Assembly (NCBI GenBank): GCA_001823095.1
Contig: MHTL01000011.1
Span: 1 to 60,992, forward strand
Direction of reading: 5' to 3'
From: Candidatus Vogelbacteria bacterium RIFOXYD1_FULL_51_18
GTDB taxonomy: Bacteria; Patescibacteriota; Minisyncoccia; Phycocordibacterales; UBA9988
Length of the DNA: 60,992 nucleotides
Under the pieces are notes generated by a model that worked only from the letters and a program-made list of their open reading frames with translations, was not told the origin of the DNA and did no database searches. This document shows, piece by piece, positions 45,573 to 54,268 of the stretch. Position numbers and translations under genes: made by a program. The first letter of the stretch is position 1. Every line of letters starts with the position of its first letter.

Positions 45573-47528
45573 ATGCAAGTGTGTTATGCTGTGCGTCATA
45601 TGGGTGCGGTTCGGAAGATATTCTTCCCATATCTTATTGATTTTAAGGTCTCTCTGCCTGTCCACGAGCGGATGGTTGTTTTTTTCGGCACCAATTTTCT
45701 TGGTCCAGCACTGCCTATTGGATGGAACGATGCACTCTTTATTGAACGGACAAATGCGATGCTCTCATACATACGGGAACACTTTTGTGGGTATCGCCTT
45801 ATCTACCAACCGCATCCCAACGAGACAAACGAGACGGACTACTTTGATATGATTGGCTTCACAGTGGGAGAGACGACTGTTGCGGAGCTTTTCCTCTATA
45901 CGAACGCTCCTTCCATTGAGTATGTATTCTCTGCGTGCTCAAATGCCTCCGCGTCGGCCTACGCAATGGGCCTCAATGCGGGTGTTTTTCTGGATACTCT
46001 CGGAGGCGTTATTCCTGATGAGTCTATGCGTGTATATCATGGCTACTTTGCGGGTTTGCCAGAGAATTTTTTCATCCGTTCATTTACTGATACTCCTCGT
46101 TGGCGCGCTCCCTACTCATTGGAAGGGGAGCATGAGGGGCTCGCACGACTTCGTGAGGCGCTTGATAAAAAGAAACGCCTCTGGTTTTTGTGTGCTGACC
46201 CAGCGCTCGCTCTGCGTGCAGCGATTATTATTCGCGCACTAAAGAAAAACTCTCCTCATATTGAAGCAGGTCTCATCCAGATACACCACCGTCGATGGGA
46301 TCTTCTCTCGTCATTCGGGTCCTTTTTACAAGAATTTTCTACAGTGATAGAACTTCCTCTACCGAGAGCTTGGTATTCGGTGCGTTTCTCTAAAATACTC
46401 CACGCATTTCGCGTTGCCCGTTCACTCCGTCACCTAGATATTCGTCCTGATGATGTACTCGTGAGCTTTTCCAACCTGCTCTTTGAAGAGAATTGTCTCT
46501 TATCTTTTTACCCGCGCACAGAAAAAATCCTCATTATTGAGAATCGATGGTTTGATTTTGTATATGAAAAAGGGTATGAATTGCTCCCTGCTTCGTCTTT
46601 TTATATCCCATGGGGGGTATACTTTTTTAATTACCTAGTAGAACTTCCGCTGAAACTCCATCGAACAATTTTTAATGAATTTACCGATAAAACAGTTAAT
46701 ATTTTTCGTTATGAGGCGCCTCTCGATCAAATCTACAATGCTGTCTTTGTTCTTATGCCGGCGCCTTCCCCATCGGCCCCCCCTATTGTTGATAGAAAGA
46801 CCCCTCATCTCTTTGAGCGCCTCATTGTGTCGGGATTCGGGTGGAAAAAATTAAAGCGCCTTACCCTTGGGCGCGTCCATCGCTCTCGGCTTATTTCTCA
46901 ACTACAGAGCGGTGAGGTGTTGAATACACGTCGCTCACTCCAGCTACTTCTCGATGCGCCCGCACTCATTAATGACTCTGAAGTGCTTGTCCTTCAGCGT
47001 TACGGTCGCACTGCGCCACAGACGATTGTTGAAATCGGTGCTGCCTACGGTGGTTCCTCCCTCCTTTTTCTCTATATCATACAGCCTCACGCACACCTTT
47101 TTTCTATAGACCCATTCGTTGTTGATTCTATGGGAGATTTTCAAGCTACTCAAAAGTTGTGCACACAGCGGGTAACCCGTGCGCTCACTGATCTGGGGGT
47201 GGGGGAGCGTCTTGCCCAATGGACACTTATTCCAAAGTATAGTTACGACGTTGTTTCTTCTTGGAAGCAGCCAATCGATCTTCTCTTTATTGATGGGGAC
47301 CACCGTTACGAAGCGGTACGAAAGGATTTTGAGGATTGGTTCTCTTTTGTTACTACCGGTGGTTTCATCATGTTCCATGACTCATGTAAGTCAGAGGGAG
47401 CGGATCCTAATATCTATGATCACGGCTGGGATGGTCCGAGCGATCTCGTTCGTGAACTGGTAAATGATACTCGACTCTCTTTGGTTGAGCAGACGTTCTC
47501 TCTCAGTGTCTTTAAAAAAAGTTTATGA
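45573..47528 (+). CDS. Sialyltransferase-like GT-B domains fused to C-terminal class I methyltransferase (Methyltransf_24-like)
   Basis: YQPHP and FSACSNAS near the N-terminus; VEIGAAYGGS, IDPF, FIDGDH.YE, FHD at the C-terminus. Confidence 0.7.
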   Translation: MQVCYAVRHMGAVRKIFFPYLIDFKVSLPVHERMVVFFGTNFLGPALPIGWNDALFIERTNAMLSYIREHFCGYRLIYQPHPNETNETDYFDMIGFTVGETTVAELFLYTNAPSIEYVFSACSNASASAYAMGLNAGVFLDTLGGVIPDESMRVYHGYFAGLPENFFIRSFTDTPRWRAPYSLEGEHEGLARLREALDKKKRLWFLCADPALALRAAIIIRALKKNSPHIEAGLIQIHHRRWDLLSSFGSFLQEFSTVIELPLPRAWYSVRFSKILHAFRVARSLRHLDIRPDDVLVSFSNLLFEENCLLSFYPRTEKILIIENRWFDFVYEKGYELLPASSFYIPWGVYFFNYLVELPLKLHRTIFNEFTDKTVNIFRYEAPLDQIYNAVFVLMPAPSPSAPPIVDRKTPHLFERLIVSGFGWKKLKRLTLGRVHRSRLISQLQSGEVLNTRRSLQLLLDAPALINDSEVLVLQRYGRTAPQTIVEIGAAYGGSSLLFLYIIQPHAHLFSIDPFVVDSMGDFQATQKLCTQRVTRALTDLGVGERLAQWTLIPKYSYDVVSSWKQPIDLLFIDGDHRYEAVRKDFEDWFSFVTTGGFIMFHDSCKSEGADPNIYDHGWDGPSDLVRELVNDTRLSLVEQTFSLSVFKKSL

Positions 47529-48613
47529 CTAAACCGACGATACACTTTGCTTTTACTGTTCCGCGGAGTGCATACCTTCCACGTCGCGTGTTTGATCGCG
47601 CGCTCAATCTTTTTCAAGTTACCCCACTCTATCGTTTTGGGTATGATGCTTTTATCCCATGGCAGTGGCCCTTGCGCTCAACGCACGCGATTGCATACCA
47701 TTTACTTCATACTTTCCGAATGCGCGGGTACCCAGTTCGCTTTTATACGACATATGAACATACCGTGTGTCCGCTCAAGCCCAACGATATTTTTATTGGT
47801 ATGCCGCTACCGGCGAATGGATTTGATGAACCTCGGTCTGGCTCTGACGATATCACTTCAGTTACCTCGCGTACTATTAGGGAGTATCCACAGAATAAAA
47901 ATTTTATTATCATGCCTTACGCGCACGACGCAACCTATGTGAACTGGTCTAAAGATATCATACGTCAAAACGCGCTACAGGGAGGAGGGGCTATTTTTAT
48001 TGGGGGAGATATCTGGCAACGGAATTGGGAACGTTCCCCGCTTGCCGATATTCTATTTCCTAAAAAAATACATGTGATTATGGGTATAGACCCTCTACAT
48101 CATCCGCGAGTCAAAAAGCATTTTAATGCTAAAGGAAAGAGAAAATATCTTTATATGGGTCATACTGCGTGGTATAAAAATACCAGAGAGCTTGAGCGAA
48201 TTGCGAGTGAGCTCCCTCAGTTTGAGTGGGCACACATTGGAGGAGGAACTATCCCCGGGTGGAAAAAATTAGCAGAGTTTATCGCTCTTACGCCATCCGC
48301 AATGACAGAGCTTGCCCGGGACTACGATTTTTTTGTTAGTACGAGTAGTGCTGATCCTCAGGCGACAACCATCCTTGAGCAAATGTGCGCAGGACTTGTG
48401 GTTGCGTGTACCCCGGAGACTGGGTATGAGTATCCCTCACTGGTGCGCTTATCTGTTAGTGAGACTGAATCTAACGTGAATACACTTCTTGGATTGCAAT
48501 ATGTTACGGAATCTGATTTATTAGCATTAGCAGAGTGTAATCGAGAGATTGCTTCTCATAGGCACAGCTGGCAGCAATTTTGTGACTCGGTCGCCTCTTT
48601 TATGGAACTATAG
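47525..48613 (+). CDS. GT-B fold glycosyltransferase-like protein
   Basis: YLYMGH...KN, FVSTSSADPQATTILEQMCAGL resembles the GT4 donor-binding helix. Confidence 0.65.
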   Translation: MTKPTIHFAFTVPRSAYLPRRVFDRALNLFQVTPLYRFGYDAFIPWQWPLRSTHAIAYHLLHTFRMRGYPVRFYTTYEHTVCPLKPNDIFIGMPLPANGFDEPRSGSDDITSVTSRTIREYPQNKNFIIMPYAHDATYVNWSKDIIRQNALQGGGAIFIGGDIWQRNWERSPLADILFPKKIHVIMGIDPLHHPRVKKHFNAKGKRKYLYMGHTAWYKNTRELERIASELPQFEWAHIGGGTIPGWKKLAEFIALTPSAMTELARDYDFFVSTSSADPQATTILEQMCAGLVVACTPETGYEYPSLVRLSVSETESNVNTLLGLQYVTESDLLALAECNREIASHRHSWQQFCDSVASFMEL

Positions 48614-49153
48614 ATGACATTTACTTTTAGAACCCTCTCTCTTTCCGGGCTTACTCGTATAGAGCCACACGTGTATCCTGATGTGCGTGGAGTATTTATA
48701 GAGTTATATAAACATTCTGATTTTACACGTGCAGGAATCAACGAACATTTTGTGCAAGAAAACTATTCATTTTCTAAAAAAGGAGTTCTTCGAGGTCTCC
48801 ATTATCAATCGGGTCCTCTGGCACAAGGAAAGTTGGTGCGTTGTCTCCATGGAGAGATATTTGATATTGCGGCTGATGTTACGCAAGACTCTCCCACCTA
48901 TGGAAAGTGGGAAGGAGTCACTCTTTCTTCAGACAATCGCTACCAACTCTATATTCCTGCTGGTTACGCACACGGTTTTTGTGTTTTGAGCGATAGCGCC
49001 GAAGTTGTTTATCTATGCACAGAAGAGTACAATCCTTCAATTGAACGAGGGGTCCGTTGGGACGACCCTCTGCTTGATATCACCTGGCCTATTAGTAATC
49101 CTATTCTTTCTGATCGCGATCAGCGCCATCCCTTACTCAATGCCCGATTCTAA
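48614..49153 (+). CDS. rmlC: dTDP-4-dehydrorhamnose 3,5-epimerase
   Basis: DVRGVF, QENYSFS.KGVLRGLHYQ, QGKLVRC, YAHGF, LSDRD. Confidence 0.95.
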   Translation: MTFTFRTLSLSGLTRIEPHVYPDVRGVFIELYKHSDFTRAGINEHFVQENYSFSKKGVLRGLHYQSGPLAQGKLVRCLHGEIFDIAADVTQDSPTYGKWEGVTLSSDNRYQLYIPAGYAHGFCVLSDSAEVVYLCTEEYNPSIERGVRWDDPLLDITWPISNPILSDRDQRHPLLNARF

Positions 49154-50153
49154 TATTCTCTCTGTGTATAGTAATAAACGCGTCCTGATTACTGGGGGGC
49201 TTGGTTTTTTGGGTAGTTCGCTCGCACACGCATTAGTGGCGCGTGGAGCTGACGTAGCTCTTTTAGATAATTTGGCACCACTCTATGGCGGTAATGAGTT
49301 TAATATTGATACTATTAAAGATCAGGTTACTGTGACCATTGGCGATATTCGAGATTCGGGACTGCTACATAAAGTAATCTTAGACTGCGACTTTATTTTT
49401 AATTTTGCCGCTCAAGTGAGCCATAGCGACAGTGCCACAATGCCCTTTGAGGACTTGGACATCAACGCACGTGGGCAACTTATGATCCTTGAAGCGTGTC
49501 GTCTCTATAATCCACACGCCAAGATTATCTTTCCTAGCTCCCGCTTAGTTTTTGGGAGAATACAACACACTCCTGTCACTGAAGAACATCCTACACACCC
49601 ACTGGGTCTCTATGGTGTGCATAAATTGACTGCTGAAAAGTACTATCAACTCTACCACCACTTGTATGGTATGCGTACCGTGGTGCTCAGACTGACCAAT
49701 CCCTATGGTCCTCGACAACAAATTAAGCATAGTAAGTACTCTATCCCAGGCTGGTTTATGAGATTAGCAATGGAAGGCAAGGAAATCTCTATCTTTGGAG
49801 AAGGAGAACAAAAGCGAGATTACATTTATGTAGATGATGTAGTGCAATCCTTTCTTCTCGTTGGTGCCCTAGATATAACAGATGGTAAAGTCTATAACTG
49901 TGGGTATGGTAGCTCTGTTGCATTTAAAGACATGGTAACTGCACTTATCACTATAGTTGGAAGCGGAAATGTCCGCTTTGTCCCGTGGCCTTCACACTAT
50001 GAAAAAGAAGAGACCGGCAGTTTTGAGGTTGATACGTCTCTCTTACGACGGGATACACAATGGGTTCCAGCAGTTTCTCTCAAAGAAGGTTTACAACGTA
50101 TGTGCCAATATTATATAGAGTATAAAAACCACTATCTCTTTCCAAATCTATGA
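49140..50153 (+). CDS. NAD-dependent epimerase/dehydratase
   Basis: LITGGLGFLG, FAAQ, YGVHK, LRLTNPYGP, RDYIYVDD. Confidence 0.95.
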   Translation: MPDSNILSVYSNKRVLITGGLGFLGSSLAHALVARGADVALLDNLAPLYGGNEFNIDTIKDQVTVTIGDIRDSGLLHKVILDCDFIFNFAAQVSHSDSATMPFEDLDINARGQLMILEACRLYNPHAKIIFPSSRLVFGRIQHTPVTEEHPTHPLGLYGVHKLTAEKYYQLYHHLYGMRTVVLRLTNPYGPRQQIKHSKYSIPGWFMRLAMEGKEISIFGEGEQKRDYIYVDDVVQSFLLVGALDITDGKVYNCGYGSSVAFKDMVTALITIVGSGNVRFVPWPSHYEKEETGSFEVDTSLLRRDTQWVPAVSLKEGLQRMCQYYIEYKNHYLFPNL

Positions 50154-50782
50154 TGAAATCATTTTTTATTCGCTGGTATGAGTATGGGCGCAGTCTCCTG
50201 CGCCGCTTGTATCGATTTTTTATTAAACCATCCCTTCCTCATACAGAGGGCAACCACATGTGTGTAAATCTTGGATGTGGGGAACAGTCTGGACCAGAGT
50301 ACATTAATGTTGATATTGTTCCTTCTCCCCACATTCACTATGTACACGATATTAAAGTTTTAGATATGTTTGATTCAGAGAGCGTGGATCTTTTGTACGC
50401 GAGTCATGTGATGGAACATATCCCTCGACACGAACTTGATGCGGTCATTGCTGAATGGAGACGCGTCTTGAAGCCGGGAGGGGTTTTACGCATTTCGGTA
50501 CCTGATTTTGATAACCTCTTAAAAATTTACTCTGCTTCAGGTAACGATATCAACTCTATTGTGGCACAACTCTTGGGACAAGAGCCACCCTACAATAACC
50601 ACTACAGCGTGTGGAATTGGGAGTTCATCAAAAAATTTTTTATGGAGAGGGGCTTTAGTGATGTCCGCCGTTGGGATCCTAAGACAGCACAGCACTATTC
50701 AATGCACGATAGGGCAGAGAGAACACTCTCTGCTGGCGGAGTTTTAATTCCCTTGAGCCTCAACGTAGAGGCAATTAAGTGA
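50150..50782 (+). CDS. Class I SAM-dependent methyltransferase
   Basis: VNLGCG, YASHVMEH, RVLKPGG.LRISVPD. Confidence 0.9.
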   Translation: MMKSFFIRWYEYGRSLLRRLYRFFIKPSLPHTEGNHMCVNLGCGEQSGPEYINVDIVPSPHIHYVHDIKVLDMFDSESVDLLYASHVMEHIPRHELDAVIAEWRRVLKPGGVLRISVPDFDNLLKIYSASGNDINSIVAQLLGQEPPYNNHYSVWNWEFIKKFFMERGFSDVRRWDPKTAQHYSMHDRAERTLSAGGVLIPLSLNVEAIK

Positions 50783-50788
50783 CTCTCT

Positions 50789-51862
50789 ATGAAAGTTTCT
50801 TTTATCTGTCCCTTTAGTCTTGATCGTCCCACGGGCACCCCGAGTCGTGCTCGTACCACGATTCGTTCCGCCTCTGGTTTTACTGAAACGAGTGTGGTAA
50901 CACTCCTCATGTCCTCTGTACCGGAGGGAATTACTGTTAAAAGTGTTGGTATATGCGGTCTCATCCCTTTTACTCGTCGTGCGCTACGGGAATTACAAGT
51001 AATCCACCCAGATATACTCCATGGCATAACGACGGCATCGATACCCACTCTTTTTCTCTATAAGTGGCTGGTGCATCCACGAGCAAAAATTATATTTGAG
51101 ATGCACGGGTGGGCGTGGTTCGAGATGCGAGGGACAGGGCGTTTTTTCTTGAGAATGACCTTTCTCCTCTTAGATCTCCTTGGGTTACAGGTAGCGGATG
51201 TGATTATTGTCATGAGTCACACCCAGAAAGCCTTTGTCTCACGGTGGACATTTAACTCGGGACGAATTCTGGTTCTCTGGGGTCCCGTCGATTCTCTCCC
51301 ATCCTTCATCCCCGCTTCACCAGAAGGCCCTCTCGTGGTTGGGTACCTCGGAAATAGCTCCTGGTGGCAAGGGCTACACTACTTATTAAACGCGACAATC
51401 CTCCTGAAAGACGATCCCTCGTTTGAGTTCTGGTTCGCTGGTTTTGAGGCATCGGATTTAGAAAGTATTCCACGTATCCCTTCAATCCACTATAAAGGGA
51501 TTCTCAAAGACAGCGAGGTACTCCCTTTTTTGCGTGGATGTCATGTGCTGGTCTCTCCTCGTGTGCTGGAGCCAGTGAGTAATCTCCAATTTCCCCATAA
51601 ACTCTCGGGATATTTAAGTGCTGGCAGACCAGTCGTTGTCTCTGCTACGAATGATCAACCTCGTATTATAGCTGAAGCACGGTGTGGTTTTGTCATTGAT
51701 CCACTTAACGCAGAATCGCTTGTCCATGCGCTCAAAAAATTTTCTCAACTGCCACGGGAAGAGCAACAAAAGATGGGGGAGCGATCCTCCCTTTTTGCAC
51801 GTGAACATTTCTCTCCGGAGATTCTCACCACTGCCTTAAAAGAACTCTATGTGATAGAGTAA
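50789..51862 (+). CDS. GT4 glycosyltransferase
   Basis: GYLGNSSWWQG, FPHKLSGYLSAGRPVV. Confidence 0.9.
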   Translation: MKVSFICPFSLDRPTGTPSRARTTIRSASGFTETSVVTLLMSSVPEGITVKSVGICGLIPFTRRALRELQVIHPDILHGITTASIPTLFLYKWLVHPRAKIIFEMHGWAWFEMRGTGRFFLRMTFLLLDLLGLQVADVIIVMSHTQKAFVSRWTFNSGRILVLWGPVDSLPSFIPASPEGPLVVGYLGNSSWWQGLHYLLNATILLKDDPSFEFWFAGFEASDLESIPRIPSIHYKGILKDSEVLPFLRGCHVLVSPRVLEPVSNLQFPHKLSGYLSAGRPVVVSATNDQPRIIAEARCGFVIDPLNAESLVHALKKFSQLPREEQQKMGERSSLFAREHFSPEILTTALKELYVIE

Positions 51863-51867
51863 ATTAT

Positions 51868-54069
51868 ATGTCAAATAGTATGTTACAGAAGCAAATTATT
51901 TTTTGGGGACTCTCATTACTCCTTGTAACACCGCTCCTCGTAGCAAATTTCTTGTTCTTCCCTTTTATTACAGGAAAAAATTTCTTTTTTCGAATCATTG
52001 TAGAAATCCTAACCGCCCTGTGGTTGAGTAAATGTTTCATCGATACCTCATGGCGCCCACGGAAGGGTCTTCTCCTCACGGTTCTCTCAGGGCTTCTGCT
52101 CGCAGTTTTTGTCTCGACTATCTTCAGTGTTGATCCCTCCCGTAGTTTTTGGTCTAATTTTGAGCGCATGGAAGGGGCAATTACGTACATTCACGCTTTC
52201 TTACTCTTTCTCATTGCTACAAGCACACTCTCTTCTGTAAAAGATTGGAAAAGATTCTGGTTTATCAATACCTACATGAGTCTCATTATCGCTGGGATTG
52301 CTGGCATGCAAATCCTCGGTTACTATGCGGTGCATCAAGGGTCAACTCGTCTTGACGCAACACTAGGGAATGCATCGTACCTCGCGGTGTATATGCTCAT
52401 CAGCATTTTTATTGCTGGCCTCCTCTGGATCCAGAGTACGAATCAGAATGCCCGTAGATACTTTTACCCTCTCTGTATTCTCATTCAAATATTTGTTCTC
52501 TATAAAACAGGGACGCGCGGTGCAATCCTCGGACTCATTTTTGGTCTTGGTATTGCAAGTTTGTTTTTCTTGATTCGTGGCAAAGATCATCTTCGTGCTC
52601 GATGGTATGCGGCGGGTTTTTTAGTAGGAATGATCGTATTTGGCAGTATTTTTGTCGCGCTCAAAGATGTACCATTTGTGCAATCAAGTCCAATACTCTC
52701 ACGTTTCGCAAGTATTTCATCAACCGAAAGAACGGTAGCCTCACGTCTGACGATATGGAAAATGAGCTGGGAGGGATTCACCGAGCGTCCTGTGTTTGGA
52801 TGGGGTTTGGAAAACTTCGGAGCTGTCTTTAATAAGCACTATGAACCAGAACTGTGGCGCCAGGAGGCGTGGTTCGATCGCTCCCACAATGTCTTTCTTG
52901 ATTGGCTAACGCTCACTGGTGTTGTGGGGTTTGTCTTTTATGTGGGGCTCTACTGTTCCGCATTTTACCTTTTCTGGCGTCGTAGTTCGGCTTTTGATGT
53001 AAAAGAGCGCGTTCTCTTAACCGCACTCATTGCCGCATACCTCTTCCAAAATCTCTTTATATTTGACAATATCGTAAGCCTCATTCTCTTTATCTCACTG
53101 CTCGCGTACATTCATGTGCGATCATCTGAAAAAAATGAGCGCCTTTTTACTTCAGTACAATGGAAGAAGCTCCCCGTATGGGGGATTACTCCTATCATTA
53201 TCGTCTTAGGCGCATCACTCTACTTCGTCAACCTGCAACCACTCATTGCTGGCGCTGAGATGATACGAGGTTTACAGCCACAAGAAAAAGGACTTACGGA
53301 AAATTTAAAAGCATTCAAATCAGTTTTTTCCCGTAACACTTTTGCCTCGGGCGAAGCCTCGGAGCAATTGATCCCTCTTACTCAACAAATTATTTCTAAC
53401 GCAGACATTTCTAATGAGATAAAGCAAGAAGCGGTGACTTTTGCCTCACAGACACTGGAAGATCAGATGGATAAAACTCCCTACGATGCGCGACTCCGCT
53501 TCTTTTATGGGTATTTCCTTGAGAATATCAATCAAAAAGAGCGTGCTGAAAAGTATTTGAGAGAAGCACTCGCGCTCTCACCGCGGAAACAGCTGATACT
53601 CTTTCAGCTCGGCTCTCTCTATTTGGGAGATGGGCGGAGTGAGGAAGCTCTCGCAACCCAAAAACAGGCATTTGAATTAGATCAAGACTTTCCTGAAGCA
53701 CGAAAAATTTATGCATTAACAGCACTACTCACTAACCATACAGATATTGCGCAATCACTCTTGGTTCCTGCTTACGGTAGTATGGCGGTCCCTGATGCTC
53801 GATTTGCAATATTTTATACTCGTGAAAATGATTTTCCTCTCGCCATACAGTCGCTAGAAGCGATAGAAAAAGATCCTGAACTAAATTTAGACAGCAGAGA
53901 TCGCCTCCTCCTCTCAAGTCTCTATGTCCGAGTGGGGAGACGTAATGATGCTATTGCCCACATAGAGTTGGTAAGGAAGCAAAGTCCCGAGAGTATTCCT
54001 AATGCGGACGTGCTTATTTCAGAAATACGAGCGGGGAGAGATCCTTACCGTGTTCAAATATCACAATGA
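51868..54069 (+). CDS. O-antigen-ligase-family (Wzy_C) membrane protein with TPR-like C-terminus, paralogue 1
   Basis: FWSNFERMEG, RLDATLGNASY, TGTRGA, GWGLENF, FDRSHN. Confidence 0.92.
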   Translation: MSNSMLQKQIIFWGLSLLLVTPLLVANFLFFPFITGKNFFFRIIVEILTALWLSKCFIDTSWRPRKGLLLTVLSGLLLAVFVSTIFSVDPSRSFWSNFERMEGAITYIHAFLLFLIATSTLSSVKDWKRFWFINTYMSLIIAGIAGMQILGYYAVHQGSTRLDATLGNASYLAVYMLISIFIAGLLWIQSTNQNARRYFYPLCILIQIFVLYKTGTRGAILGLIFGLGIASLFFLIRGKDHLRARWYAAGFLVGMIVFGSIFVALKDVPFVQSSPILSRFASISSTERTVASRLTIWKMSWEGFTERPVFGWGLENFGAVFNKHYEPELWRQEAWFDRSHNVFLDWLTLTGVVGFVFYVGLYCSAFYLFWRRSSAFDVKERVLLTALIAAYLFQNLFIFDNIVSLILFISLLAYIHVRSSEKNERLFTSVQWKKLPVWGITPIIIVLGASLYFVNLQPLIAGAEMIRGLQPQEKGLTENLKAFKSVFSRNTFASGEASEQLIPLTQQIISNADISNEIKQEAVTFASQTLEDQMDKTPYDARLRFFYGYFLENINQKERAEKYLREALALSPRKQLILFQLGSLYLGDGRSEEALATQKQAFELDQDFPEARKIYALTALLTNHTDIAQSLLVPAYGSMAVPDARFAIFYTRENDFPLAIQSLEAIEKDPELNLDSRDRLLLSSLYVRVGRRNDAIAHIELVRKQSPESIPNADVLISEIRAGRDPYRVQISQ

Positions 54070-54076
54070 TCTACCC

Positions 54077-54179
54077 AGTAGGTTCAATGAGTAAGTGCAA
54101 CACTTTGAGATAATCAGAGTGTATGCAATACAAACACTTTTCGGTTGAGGAGCGTGAGAAGATACAGGAAATGCTCTGG
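54077..54179 (+). mobile_element. IS30-family left-end remnant (IR plus first 19 transposase codons)
   Basis: AGTAGGTTCAATGAGTAAGTGCAACA (54077-102) resembles the IS30 IR as I recall it; ATG 54123 reads MQYKHFSVEEREKIQEMLW, then similarity stops. Confidence 0.7.
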
Positions 54180-54268
54180 CACGCCGCCCGCATCCTTCTC
54201 GCGTCACTCGGAATCCTTTTGGCTTTTTTGAAAAAGACAAGTATTATGAGCGTACGCGCGCGGAAAAC

